Of a stretch of DNA of 52,205 nucleotides, positions 8,306 through 18,384 are shown piece after piece. The DNA comes from Candidatus Saccharimonadota bacterium. GTDB taxonomy: Bacteria > Patescibacteriota > Saccharimonadia > Saccharimonadales > Saccharimonadaceae. The stretch is from assembly GCA_017941835.1 (NCBI GenBank), contig JAGAVP010000034.1:1-52205 (forward strand), read 5' to 3'. A model generated the notes under the pieces. The model did not search any database. It had not been told where the DNA came from and was given only the letters and a program-made list of their open reading frames with translations. The position numbers and the translations under genes were made by a program. Numbering within the stretch: the stretch's first letter is position 1; each line of letters starts with the position of its first letter.

Positions 8306-10627
8306 TTATCCCAGTTCTTTTTCAATCATTTCACGTGAAATACTAATTACCTCACCATTTCCGATCTGGCCAGCTAGCATTGATTTTGCCACAATATTTT
8401 CTACTGATTTCTGCACAATTCGCTTCATTGGCCGAGCACCCATTTTTGCATCATAGCCACGTTCTACCAATAGCTCTTTAGCCTTTTGATCTAGCTCCAC
8501 GCTAATTTTCTGCGGCGCCAAAGTCTTATTTACTCCCGCGATAATCAAATCAAGCACCGCCAAACAATCTGCCGGACTCAGCGGCTTGAATTTGCAAATT
8601 TCGTCAAACCGGTTTAGAAATTCTGGTTTAAATTCGTCTATACTGGCAGCGTTCGTTGTCGCAATCACGATTGTGTCGCGGAAAGAAACCTCGCGCCCTT
8701 TCACATCGCGTAAAATTCCTTCGTCTAGCATCTGTAGTAAAGTCGTCAGAACATGTGGATGTGCCTTTTCGATTTCGTCGAGCAGTACCACAGAAAATGG
8801 CTGTTTCATAACCTGCGCTGTTAGGCTCATGCTATCTTCCGCACCATCAGCAATTAATCTCGACACGTCCTCTGCACTCACGAATTCATTCAAATCAACA
8901 CGGACAATATTTTTCTCGCCATCAAAGTAGACCTCCGACACTGCTTTCGCAAGCTCCGTTTTGCCTACGCCGGTTGGTCCCATGAACAGGAAAGTGCCAA
9001 TTGGTCGTTTTTCGTTTCTCACCCCAGCAGCCGAGCGACGCAGTGCATCAGCCACAGTCTTTACGGCCTCAGATTGATCCACCATGCGATTATGAATTAA
9101 CTCTTCCATATTTAGAAGCTTCGACCTATCGTCCGAGCTTGTCGCCTGCTGGACTTTTACACCTGCTGTCTTTTCGATTGCCTGCTGCACGCTTTCCGCC
9201 GTTACCATTTTGTATTGGTTGGCATAATCGCCAGCCGAATCCAGTAGGCTAAGCGCTCGTCCCGGCATTTCCAAATCATGAACATAGCGCTCACTCAAAC
9301 GGTACGCTTCCTTGAGTGCCCAAATTGTGTAAGAAACCTTGTGATTAAATTCCAAAAGTGGCACTTGGTCTTGCAGGACCTTCATTGTTTCTTTTTCGTT
9401 AGCTGGCTTGACCATAATTCTATTCAAGGCATTCGCAAGCGCCGGTTTTCTCGTAGCTATTTCCAAAAACTTCTGCTGGTCCAGCGTCAAAATTATGCGT
9501 AGTTTTCCAGCTTCGAGCACCGGCAATAGTACGTTGGACAAATCAACGCTTCCAGTTCCATCCTCGAAAAATAATTCCGCATTTTGTAGCCACAAAATAA
9601 TATTTTTTGCGACGTAAGCTTCGTTCATAATAGCCATCACGAGCCTTTCAGTCTGTCCACGCTCCGCTGCGGCACTAAGAATTGCTGCAGCATCAAGTTT
9701 GAAGACCTGACGGTACCTTAGATTTTCTGGCAGCTTTGCATCAGCATCCATTAAATACTCAGAAAAAGCATTTACAATTGTTGCGCGTCCACTCCCGTCC
9801 GGTCCAACTAATGCCACATTTTGTCGGCCCTGATTACTAAAAATATTTGTCATTTGTGCCATGATTTCTCGGTGATCTGCTAGATGCAAATGCGTTCGCA
9901 TTGCACCTCGCCCCACAATGGAAATGTTTTGTCCAAATCTTGAGAGCGTTGGGATGTAGCCAAAAGAAAGGTCGCGGCCGATTCCACCGTTATGTCTGCG
10001 TACGTTGATATTTTTTACCAGTCCATTTAGATAGTTAAACCAAACAATTCCATCCAGGACATCTGCCAAGTCAAGTTTCATTCGCTTCAGTAAATCTTCA
10101 TGACCTGGGTAGCTCACGATTATTGCTGCAGCCAAAATCGCTCCGTGTATTTCTTCAGAATTTGTCCCTTCCTGGATTTTCATCGCCGTCTGAAAAATTG
10201 GTCCGACTTCAGCTGGCAAGACACTCGCAATTTCTTCTAGCAGCTGCGGAGATAAACCGTATCGCACATACATAAATTTGCCACTCGTTGTTTTTGTGAT
10301 CAGCGCCGCAATATCTTTTGCATTCGGGTTTCTTGGCATTGCTGCCAGTACATCATTTGACAGCAGCCCATTGAGTCCGGCCGCTGGATTTACTGGGACC
10401 AGGACCAGCTCTTTTTTCGTCCAGAAAATAAGCATCAATGGTATTGCCGTGAAGCCCACACAAATCCAACCGACGGCTAGCCGCATTACTAGTAGGGAAA
10501 TACCACTAGCAATTAATACAATTACCATTAGCGCTAAGATAATTAGCATTATCGGTTTTCCAAAAAACTTACCGAGCCGTGCATTTCGAGCGCGTAGGGA
10601 ATTATAATTAAAGCTCATCTTTTCCAT
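8306..10627 (-). CDS. ClpA/B-family AAA+ ATPase with N-terminal transmembrane helices
   Basis: NBD2 GPTGVGKTELAK, LLDEIEKAH, FKPEFLNRFD, GARPMKR. NBD1 degenerate. Start set at MEKMSF (10627), overlapping the stop of the upstream gene. Confidence 0.88.
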   Translation of the reverse strand: MEKMSFNYNSLRARNARLGKFFGKPIMLIILALMVIVLIASGISLLVMRLAVGWICVGFTAIPLMLIFWTKKELVLVPVNPAAGLNGLLSNDVLAAMPRNPNAKDIAALITKTTSGKFMYVRYGLSPQLLEEIASVLPAEVGPIFQTAMKIQEGTNSEEIHGAILAAAIIVSYPGHEDLLKRMKLDLADVLDGIVWFNYLNGLVKNINVRRHNGGIGRDLSFGYIPTLSRFGQNISIVGRGAMRTHLHLADHREIMAQMTNIFSNQGRQNVALVGPDGSGRATIVNAFSEYLMDADAKLPENLRYRQVFKLDAAAILSAAAERGQTERLVMAIMNEAYVAKNIILWLQNAELFFEDGTGSVDLSNVLLPVLEAGKLRIILTLDQQKFLEIATRKPALANALNRIMVKPANEKETMKVLQDQVPLLEFNHKVSYTIWALKEAYRLSERYVHDLEMPGRALSLLDSAGDYANQYKMVTAESVQQAIEKTAGVKVQQATSSDDRSKLLNMEELIHNRMVDQSEAVKTVADALRRSAAGVRNEKRPIGTFLFMGPTGVGKTELAKAVSEVYFDGEKNIVRVDLNEFVSAEDVSRLIADGAEDSMSLTAQVMKQPFSVVLLDEIEKAHPHVLTTLLQMLDEGILRDVKGREVSFRDTIVIATTNAASIDEFKPEFLNRFDEICKFKPLSPADCLAVLDLIIAGVNKTLAPQKISVELDQKAKELLVERGYDAKMGARPMKRIVQKSVENIVAKSMLAGQIGNGEVISISREMIEKELG

Positions 10628-10989
10628 CAGAATACCACTCCCATTACCGATAAAATTATTCCCGCAACGGGCAAAAGTGGTACTATCGGCCAGACTATTA
10701 CGAGTGCGATTCCGCAAAAAACTTCTAGTATTAATACAAAACAACCAGCGATTAAAATTACCACTCTTGCAAAGAATCCTACCATCCGCGATATTAACCT
10801 ATCTAAAGCACCACCTAATATCGTTTCAGAAGCCCCCGCCGCAATTTGACGGTAGGGTTTGAATAGTGTCAGAATCATATCTTTCATTGAAAAGAAGTCT
10901 ACCGTATCTACTAAGCGCTTCTTAAAATCTTCAAAAAACACTCCCCATCCACGGAAGTACCACCATGAAAATAGGTCGACCAAAAACAT
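10627..10989 (-). CDS. Small membrane protein coupled to the Clp ATPase gene
   Basis: WWY...FS...TLFKPYRQI...DRLISRMVGFFAR plus hydrophobic C-terminus; TGATATAAT 6 nt before ATG. Confidence 0.75.
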   Translation of the reverse strand: MFLVDLFSWWYFRGWGVFFEDFKKRLVDTVDFFSMKDMILTLFKPYRQIAAGASETILGGALDRLISRMVGFFARVVILIAGCFVLILEVFCGIALVIVWPIVPLLPVAGIILSVMGVVF

Positions 10990-11074
10990 AAACTTATTAT
11001 ATCATATACTGCTTATCTTTGACATGTTCCCGACGCGTATGTATAATACAGGCACAATCAATACGGGACACATC

Positions 11075-11644
11075 ATGGCACGATTGCGCAAAAACTGTAC
11101 TGATATCCGTTTCCTAAAAGTTCAAGAACGTTTCTTTGATGTCCTAGGGAAGACTCTGCATGAAGGGACGCTCGCAAAAACTGGCGTCGCAGGTCTTGCG
11201 GGCAAAGCAAAAGTTTGGGACACCACTTTCTATGATCACTTTCGCAATCTAGATGATGCGATTAAACAATATGACCATCGCCATGACGAAGAGATTAAGA
11301 ACTTGCGCGATGACATTCTTTGCACTTGTCCCACCATGGAATATACTTTTACAAAAATTCTTGTTTTTATCAAAAGTAACAAAAAATATTACAAAGCCCA
11401 CCTAGAGCGCCAGAATCCGGCGCCTTTCTTTTCTATTACTAAAATCTTCCGACCGATTTTGGCGCGTAGTTGGAGCTTTTATGGTCGCGACCAGTTTGAT
11501 CTTTGCTTCAGAATGTTTAGTGGAGAATTTTATGGCATTATTCACTTTTGGGGCGAGTCCGAAAAGTTCAACGAATCTAAAATTAATGGTCACGTTGCAC
11601 GCCTTATCCGCCTCGCTCAGAATGCCACGCAACGATTGTACTAA
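11075..11644 (+). CDS. TetR/AcrR-like transcriptional regulator
   Basis: N-terminal HTH-like TGVAGLAGKAKVWDTTFYDHFRNLDD; start reassigned to ATG 11075. Confidence 0.65.
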   Translation: MARLRKNCTDIRFLKVQERFFDVLGKTLHEGTLAKTGVAGLAGKAKVWDTTFYDHFRNLDDAIKQYDHRHDEEIKNLRDDILCTCPTMEYTFTKILVFIKSNKKYYKAHLERQNPAPFFSITKIFRPILARSWSFYGRDQFDLCFRMFSGEFYGIIHFWGESEKFNESKINGHVARLIRLAQNATQRLY

Positions 11645-11673
11645 ATTACCATAAGTGTTATAATAATCGCAGA

Positions 11674-13302
11674 ATGGACGAACAAGAAATCCAGAGAAAG
11701 CGTCGCGAAAACGAAGAGAGCGCTGCGGCTAGCCGTGCGCGTATTCTTGGCTTGCCCTATCTCGACACACGTGGTTTCGAAAACAATCTTCCTTTGACTC
11801 AAGGCGTTCTCACTAAGAAAGAAATGCATGAAAATTTTGTGCTTCCTCTTCAGAAAGGTGGCGACGGCGAGCACTACCAATTCATGGTCACGAGCCAGAC
11901 TCCACGCTCCGTTATCGAACGCATGCGCAAAGATTTCAACGACCGTGGCGAGCGTGCTGATTTCTTCCTGATTACCGATTCTGCCTACAAAGTCTTCATG
12001 CTTCGCTATGATCCGCCACAAGAAACTCATTATGACGATATTACCATTGCTGGCGAAGGCGATAGCGAAACCCTAGCTTCCGTTAGCAAGGTTCTAAATG
12101 AAGTTGCGACCGATCGCGTTTTTGACTATCTTCTCGACCAGGCAGATCGCCTTGGCGCTTCCGACATCCATATTGAAAACCTTCGCGATAGCATCCGCAT
12201 CCGTATGCGTGTTGATGGCTTGCTTCATCCAGTCGCCACTATTAACCGGGACCGCTACCGTGTATTCATGGGTGAACTTTCTTCTCGCGCCAATATTTCT
12301 ACGGCCTCACGCGAGCCGCAGTCCGGTCATATGCAAACTGACATTTATCGTGATGGCAGCACCCATCTTCTCAATATCCGTGTCGAAATGATTCCAACTA
12401 TGTATGGACAGGATGCCGTACTTCGTCTCTTCAATTTTGATGAAACCTTGCTAAATCTTGATTTGCTCGGTCTCGGCGAAGACGAAAGGGCTGAAATCAA
12501 TGAAGTCATCTCCCACCCACGTGGCCTTGTTCTCATGGTCGGTCCTACCGGCTCAGGTAAATCTACCACGCTTTATTCTATTATCAATGCCCTCAATACT
12601 ACCGATCGCAAGATTATTACACTTGAGGATCCGATTGAATATGGTATTACTGGTATCTCTCAAATCCCTATCAACACTACCGAAGGCGGTAGTTTTGCCG
12701 ATGGGCTCCGTTCCGTCCTTCGTCTCGATCCAGACGTTGTCATGGTTGGTGAGATTCGCGATGCCGATACTGCCCGCACTGCCATCCAGGCTTCTATTAC
12801 GGGTCATCTCGTCCTTTCTTCCTTCCACGCCAACTCCACTTCCGCTGCCTTTTCTCGTATGATTGATATGATCGGCACCAATCCTATTTTTTCCAGCTCC
12901 GTTCGTCTCGTGATTGCACAGCGACTCGTTCGCAAACTTGCTGATAATAAAGAATCATATCAACCGGACGAAGCAACTATCAAATATATTCATCGGGTAT
13001 TCGAAGGCGTTTCTCCAGAAGTTCTCAAAAAACATAATGTAGATTTGGACAACATCACACTTTATAAACCTGTCCCGACTCAAGATATCCCGTTTGGCTA
13101 TAAAGGCCGTAGTGTCATCATGGAACAACTCATAGTAGATGACGAGATTCAATCTTTCATTCGCGGAGATGTGGAGGATATTAATACGAAAGCTATTGAA
13201 AAAGTTGCCAAGAAAAATGGTATGCTCACCCTCGAGCAAAAAGGTGTAATAGCTGCCCTCCGTGGCGAAACAACCTTGGAAGAAGTTTCACGCGTTATCT
13301 AA
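11674..13302 (+). CDS. Type IV pilus/T2SS assembly ATPase (PilB/GspE family)
   Basis: ASDIHIE, RMRVDG, GPTGSGKSTTLY, TLEDPIEY, LRLDPDVVMVGEIRD, TGHLVLSSFHAN. Confidence 0.93.
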   Translation: MDEQEIQRKRRENEESAAASRARILGLPYLDTRGFENNLPLTQGVLTKKEMHENFVLPLQKGGDGEHYQFMVTSQTPRSVIERMRKDFNDRGERADFFLITDSAYKVFMLRYDPPQETHYDDITIAGEGDSETLASVSKVLNEVATDRVFDYLLDQADRLGASDIHIENLRDSIRIRMRVDGLLHPVATINRDRYRVFMGELSSRANISTASREPQSGHMQTDIYRDGSTHLLNIRVEMIPTMYGQDAVLRLFNFDETLLNLDLLGLGEDERAEINEVISHPRGLVLMVGPTGSGKSTTLYSIINALNTTDRKIITLEDPIEYGITGISQIPINTTEGGSFADGLRSVLRLDPDVVMVGEIRDADTARTAIQASITGHLVLSSFHANSTSAAFSRMIDMIGTNPIFSSSVRLVIAQRLVRKLADNKESYQPDEATIKYIHRVFEGVSPEVLKKHNVDLDNITLYKPVPTQDIPFGYKGRSVIMEQLIVDDEIQSFIRGDVEDINTKAIEKVAKKNGMLTLEQKGVIAALRGETTLEEVSRVI

Positions 13303-13353
13303 CAAAGTGCTTATGCCTTGACAAAAAGCCATCTCTGTGCTAAAATACAAAAC

Positions 13354-13791
13354 ATGAACCTCTTCAGTGAAGCGGATTTAATTTCTTTTGGCCAGAAACT
13401 TGGCGAAAAACTTGATGCACCAGCCGTCATCGAGCTTATTGGCGATGTCGGAAGTGGAAAAACTACTTTAACTCGTGGCATTGCTAGAGGCTTAGGTGTA
13501 AAAGAGCCTATCTCTTCGCCTAGCTTCACCATCTCCAAGCATTACGCCTATGCTAAAAATAAGCATGAGTACAATCTAGTTCACTATGATTTTTACCGTT
13601 TGCCCGACCCAGGCTTAATGGCGGAAGATTTAGCTGAATCTCTCTCTGATCAAAATACCATAACAATTATTGAATGGGCGGACACAGTCGCAGATCTTTT
13701 ACCAGAAAAACGCCTCACGATTAAAATTTCCCTAAATGATGATGGCTCTCGCAGTATTGAAATGATAGATCGCATGAAAGGCGCAAAATGA
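13354..13791 (+). CDS. tsaE: t6A biosynthesis ATPase TsaE
   Basis: GDVGSGKTT, SSPSFTI, HYDFYRL, IEWA; promoter TTGACA-17-TAAAAT ending 7 nt before ATG 13354. Confidence 0.93.
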   Translation: MNLFSEADLISFGQKLGEKLDAPAVIELIGDVGSGKTTLTRGIARGLGVKEPISSPSFTISKHYAYAKNKHEYNLVHYDFYRLPDPGLMAEDLAESLSDQNTITIIEWADTVADLLPEKRLTIKISLNDDGSRSIEMIDRMKGAK

Positions 13792-14120
13792 AACTCTATT
13801 TAGATACTTCCACTCCAAACTGTATCCTCAAACTTGATGACAAAATTTATGAGGCTGAACTTGGTCGCGACATGGCCGAAAAATTACTTGCCTTTATAGA
13901 AGAAAAGTTGCAAGAGAACCAGAAAACCTGGCAAGACATTTCGGAGATCACCTATATGTCTGGTCCAGGTAGTTTCACAGGTCTCCGTATTGGTGCTGCA
14001 GTCGTTAACACTCTAGCAGACCAGCTCCAAATTCCGCTCTACGATCATCACGGCAAGCTTCGTCCGCTTATCTTGCCAGACTATGGTCGCGAGGCTAACA
14101 TCTCCACGCCTAAAAAATAA
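13788..14120 (+). CDS. tsaB: t6A biosynthesis protein TsaB, short form
   Basis: LYLDTS, GPGSFTGLRIG; ATGA overlap with tsaE. Confidence 0.88.
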   Translation: MKLYLDTSTPNCILKLDDKIYEAELGRDMAEKLLAFIEEKLQENQKTWQDISEITYMSGPGSFTGLRIGAAVVNTLADQLQIPLYDHHGKLRPLILPDYGREANISTPKK

Positions 14121-14171
14121 CCATAAGCGTCATATCCATGCTATAATGGAGACATAAATGAGGACTTTTTA

Positions 14172-15065
14172 ATGGATAATAATATGCAACCTTTTAATCC
14201 GCAGCCAAGTAGCCGCCCGATTGATCCCGAGCTCCCGCCGGCCATGGACAATAACACTGGACAGCCAAGCCAAAACCAAGGCCCTAACCCAGCTCAGACC
14301 GCTCCCATTGTTGAAGGTCCAGCCCTCCACAACACTGGCGTTCCTCTTGGCTCGCCTATTCTTGGCCCGACCCACTTTGACGGTATGCAGAATCCAAACC
14401 TCCAGCCACAGCCAGTTCCTTCGTCTCCTAGCCAGACCACTCCAGAACAAAAGGCTAAAACTTATATGATTCTCTCTATCGTTTTTGGCGCTTTCGCTTT
14501 TATTGGTATTATTCTTGGTATTTGGAGTCTCGTCGCAAACATTTCCACCTCTAACAAACTAGCTTCTGCCGATACCGCCTTGAGCAATGCTAATGCTATC
14601 ATCGCTAAAGTTGAAGAAGATACAGGCGTGAAAATTACCTCGCCATCCAACGTCCCAGCTTACGCTCCGGTTTCTGGAAATATTTATATTACAGAATGGG
14701 GTATCAAATTCAAAATCCCAGACGATCTTGAAAACGTCTCCTACATTCTCGACCAAAAATATCGTCCTCAGATTTGCTTCACAGGCAACAAAATTGGCAT
14801 CAAATACTTCCCAGCCTTCGCTGATATCGATCAAAATACCGGCGGGCTTGGCTGTGCTACTCGTGTTGCCACCTCCGAAGGTGATACCGACAAAGACACT
14901 GGCAATAGCTTCGGCCAGAAAGTCTTTACCTACGGCGAATATAATTACTTTTACACTGGCCCAAGCACCCACTTCTCTCAGGATGCTGCTGAGCAGGGCC
15001 TAGAAGATACCGCCGTTCAAATCATCAAAAACATGATTTCGAACAACATTTCCCATTACGAATAG
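14172..15065 (+). CDS. Hypothetical membrane-anchored protein (Pro/Gln-rich N-terminus, one TM helix, external domain)
   Basis: Long ORF, composition, TM segment MILSIVFGAFAFIGIILGIWSLV; GAGG RBS. Confidence 0.75.
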   Translation: MDNNMQPFNPQPSSRPIDPELPPAMDNNTGQPSQNQGPNPAQTAPIVEGPALHNTGVPLGSPILGPTHFDGMQNPNLQPQPVPSSPSQTTPEQKAKTYMILSIVFGAFAFIGIILGIWSLVANISTSNKLASADTALSNANAIIAKVEEDTGVKITSPSNVPAYAPVSGNIYITEWGIKFKIPDDLENVSYILDQKYRPQICFTGNKIGIKYFPAFADIDQNTGGLGCATRVATSEGDTDKDTGNSFGQKVFTYGEYNYFYTGPSTHFSQDAAEQGLEDTAVQIIKNMISNNISHYE

Positions 15066-15171
15066 GGGAAAATATGATATAATTAAATCGGAACTATCAA
15101 TTTAAATTATTTTATTTATTTGTTAACCCGCTGATATCAGGAAAATATCGGCAAATGAGAAAGGTAAAGTT

Positions 15172-16689
15172 ATGGAAATTGCCATAATTGTAGTTGCAGC
15201 TCTCCTTGGCATTGGGGCCGGGGCAGGGTCTGTCTATGCATATAACAAAAAGAACGAAAAAGGTGGCAAAACTAAAGCCGAGGATTTAGTTAGAAAGGCT
15301 AAAAACGAGGCTCAGGACATTGTTTCTAATGCCAGAAAAGAAGCGGCCGACATCGCTGAAAAATCCAAAAATGAAGAGAATGATCGCCGCAAAGAATGGA
15401 AGCGTACAGAAAATCGTCTTGCTGAGCGCGAAACAACCCTAGACAACAAGCTCGATCAAATCGAAAAGAAATCCGAGCGTCTAGTCAAGCAAGAAAAAGA
15501 AATTGAATCTCTTAAGAACGAGATCCGTGATATTCGTGAAAAACAACATGCTAAGCTAGAAAAAATCGCTGGCCTCTCCAAACAAGAAGCCAAAGACAAG
15601 CTCATGCAGATGACCCAAAACGACATCAAACAAGATCTCGTCAATCTCGTTACAAAAGAGCAAAAGGAAATCAAGCACGATGTTGATGAAACTGCGCAGT
15701 CAATTCTCCTTACCGCCATGGAGCGCATGAGCTCTGAGGTTACTGCCGATCGTACCATCACTGCACTCAAACTTCCAGATGACGAAATGAAAGGTCGCAT
15801 CATCGGCAAAGAAGGTCGCAATATCCAGGCATTACAGCGCGCAACCGGTGTAGATATCATGGTCGACGATACTCCAGGGATGGTCGTATTGTCTAGCTTT
15901 GACCCGATTCGCCGTCAAGTCGCTCGCTATGCCTTGGAGCGCTTAATGAAAGACGGCCGTATCAATCCGTCCTCCATCGAAGAAGCCGTCGCTAAGGGCG
16001 AAAAGGAAATCGAAAAAGAAGTTGTTCGTGCCGGTGAAGATGCCGTCCGTGAAGTTGGCCTTGTTGGCATTCCACGCGAGCTAGTCCACTTGCTTGGCGA
16101 GCTCAAATTCCGCACCAGCTATGGTCAAAACGTCCTTCTCCATTCTGTTGAAATGGCCCACATGGCCGGCATGATTGCCGAAGAAATCGGCGCCGACAAA
16201 CGTATCGCCAAGACCGCGACTTTAATGCATGATATGGGCAAAGCTGTTACGCACAAAATTGAAGGCAAGCATGCTGACATCGGTGCTGAACTTGCTAAAA
16301 AATACGGCATGAGTGATGAAATTGTTCACGCTATTGCTGCTCATCATGATGACATCGAGCCAACTACTCCAGAAGCTATCATCGTCAAAATCTGTGATGC
16401 CATCTCTGCCGCTCGCCCAGGCGCTCGCAACATTTCCGCCGAGAATTTTGCTGAACGTATGCGCGATCTCGAAAACATCGCCACGAGCTTCCCTGGCATC
16501 AACAAAGCCTATGCTATTTCTGCCGGCCGTGAAGTCCGTGTCATTGTCGAACCAAAGCAGATTGACGACCTCACTGCTCTGAAGCTTGCCCGCGATATTG
16601 CTAACAAAATCGAAGCGACTATGAGCTATCCTGGCGTCATCAAAGTCAACGTGATTCGTGAAACTCGTGCCGTTGAATACGCAAAGTAA
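15172..16689 (+). CDS. rny: Ribonuclease Y
   Basis: N-terminal TM, coiled coil, KH domain (MKGRIIGKEGRNI), HD domain (RTSYGQNVLLHS, MHDMGK), SAARPGAR. Confidence 0.97.
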   Translation: MEIAIIVVAALLGIGAGAGSVYAYNKKNEKGGKTKAEDLVRKAKNEAQDIVSNARKEAADIAEKSKNEENDRRKEWKRTENRLAERETTLDNKLDQIEKKSERLVKQEKEIESLKNEIRDIREKQHAKLEKIAGLSKQEAKDKLMQMTQNDIKQDLVNLVTKEQKEIKHDVDETAQSILLTAMERMSSEVTADRTITALKLPDDEMKGRIIGKEGRNIQALQRATGVDIMVDDTPGMVVLSSFDPIRRQVARYALERLMKDGRINPSSIEEAVAKGEKEIEKEVVRAGEDAVREVGLVGIPRELVHLLGELKFRTSYGQNVLLHSVEMAHMAGMIAEEIGADKRIAKTATLMHDMGKAVTHKIEGKHADIGAELAKKYGMSDEIVHAIAAHHDDIEPTTPEAIIVKICDAISAARPGARNISAENFAERMRDLENIATSFPGINKAYAISAGREVRVIVEPKQIDDLTALKLARDIANKIEATMSYPGVIKVNVIRETRAVEYAK

Positions 16690-16707
16690 TATATAATATA
16701 TACATAT

Positions 16708-17514
16708 ATGGGTCGGCAAATCTTCAAGCAAAAAATCAGTACAAAACTCAAAGTCGAAATCGCACTTGTATTACTTGTTTTCATCGCAGTTTGTGCTTAC
16801 GTGGCTTGGGATGTGCTTTCCGGCGGACCGCTCACTAAGCTCTTCAACAACCGTGAGGAACTCATCGAAATCGTTGGCAGCCTTGGTCCACTCGGCCCGC
16901 TCGCTTATATTGCCCTGCAAATTCTTCAAACTGTCGTTGCTCCAATTCCGGGCAACGTGGTCGGCGCCATTGGCGGTCTGCTTTTTGGCTGGTGGGGAAT
17001 CCTTTGGACTACTATCGGCGCTACCATCGGTGCGGGTCTAGTCTTCTGGGTCTCACGCAAATTTGGCCGCACTCTTGTTGAGAAAATTGTCAAAAAAGAA
17101 TCACTCGATAAGTTTGATTTTGTGATTGGCAAACGTGCTAGTTTTATTCTATTTCTAATCTTTCTTATTCCTGGCCTTCCGGACGATATTGTCTGCTACA
17201 TTGCAGGTCTCACCGATGTCCCAATTAAAAAATTGCTAATCATTTTTGCTCTTGGCCGTCTCCCAGCCGTGGTCGGGAATAATGTGATTGGTACTGGCCT
17301 TAGTAGCGGCGACATCGGTCTCGTTATTACGCTCGTCGTAGTGGGTGTTATCATTTTTGCAATTCTCTATACGCAGCAGGAAAGAATCATGCATCTCCTC
17401 GATCGGCAATCTCACCTGGAAAAAGAGAACAAACACTTGAGGCACGACCTAGAAGATTATGCAGACGATGGCAAGCTTAATAACTCTATTGCTAAAAAAA
17501 CTAAAAAGTCATAA
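16708..17514 (+). CDS. TVP38/TMEM64 (DedA superfamily) membrane protein
   Basis: LQILQTVVAPIPG, GGLLFG, FLIPGLPDDIVCYIAGLT, GRLP. Confidence 0.88.
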   Translation: MGRQIFKQKISTKLKVEIALVLLVFIAVCAYVAWDVLSGGPLTKLFNNREELIEIVGSLGPLGPLAYIALQILQTVVAPIPGNVVGAIGGLLFGWWGILWTTIGATIGAGLVFWVSRKFGRTLVEKIVKKESLDKFDFVIGKRASFILFLIFLIPGLPDDIVCYIAGLTDVPIKKLLIIFALGRLPAVVGNNVIGTGLSSGDIGLVITLVVVGVIIFAILYTQQERIMHLLDRQSHLEKENKHLRHDLEDYADDGKLNNSIAKKTKKS

Positions 17515-17526
17515 AATGAGGGTATC

Positions 17527-18384
17527 ATGAGTAATCGAAAAACAGCAGTTGCAAGCGTAGTTGCGGTTCTTACGTTTGTGGCTTTTGCAGGGGTTACCGC
17601 GTTTTCAGTATCAAATGTTTCCGACTTAATTAGTCGGTTTTCTTTTTCTGGAAAGGATGGCGTCCCAACGGCTTGGACTGGTACAACCTATTCCTCGCCA
17701 GTCTCCACTAACACCGAAGTGAAAAACGCTGGCGATCATCTAGCCTACCTTGCTACCATCGAAAACAAAGAATCAAACGAAGTCTTCCTGACCGACATTG
17801 CTTCGCTTATTTCTGACAATCAACATACCGGATTTATCACCTTTAACCCCTCTAGTATTGAATATTCTTATTCCAAGAACAGTGCTACCTGGAACACCCT
17901 TAGCGGCGTCAACCTAGATGGTGTCTACAGGCTAAACGATGCTATCCGTATCGGCGCGGCCGGGACCAGTAGCAATAGAGTTTATCTTCGTTACAACTTG
18001 TCTCCAGATTATGGCAACGTAACTGACAAGATTTCCTTCCGCGTCAAAGATATTAATGACAATTATAGTGTCGCTGTCAGCGATTCATCTATCGCCTATG
18101 AGGAAACTGTTAATGAAGTTGTTGCTGCTTCTAGTAGCCGCACTAATCTAGATAGCAGTAGCAGCGAGTCGGCCTTTACTGAACCGCTTGGCGCCTTCTC
18201 TGAAGATTCAGACCTTTCTACCATCTCCACCACTACCGCTGCTATTGCTGCCATCTCTCCAGAAAGCACCACCGCCAGTATCATTATCGTTATCGCTATT
18301 CTCGGTCTCTTTGTGGGCAGCTTGATTGCCTTCCTAGTCATCAAAAACCACAATCAGAAAACATCCAAATCTACAAAGAAATAA
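17527..18384 (+). CDS. Hypothetical surface protein with N-terminal signal/TM and C-terminal TM anchor
   Basis: Hydrophobic ends, Ser/Thr-rich linker, basic tail. Confidence 0.72.
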   Translation: MSNRKTAVASVVAVLTFVAFAGVTAFSVSNVSDLISRFSFSGKDGVPTAWTGTTYSSPVSTNTEVKNAGDHLAYLATIENKESNEVFLTDIASLISDNQHTGFITFNPSSIEYSYSKNSATWNTLSGVNLDGVYRLNDAIRIGAAGTSSNRVYLRYNLSPDYGNVTDKISFRVKDINDNYSVAVSDSSIAYEETVNEVVAASSSRTNLDSSSSESAFTEPLGAFSEDSDLSTISTTTAAIAAISPESTTASIIIVIAILGLFVGSLIAFLVIKNHNQKTSKSTKK

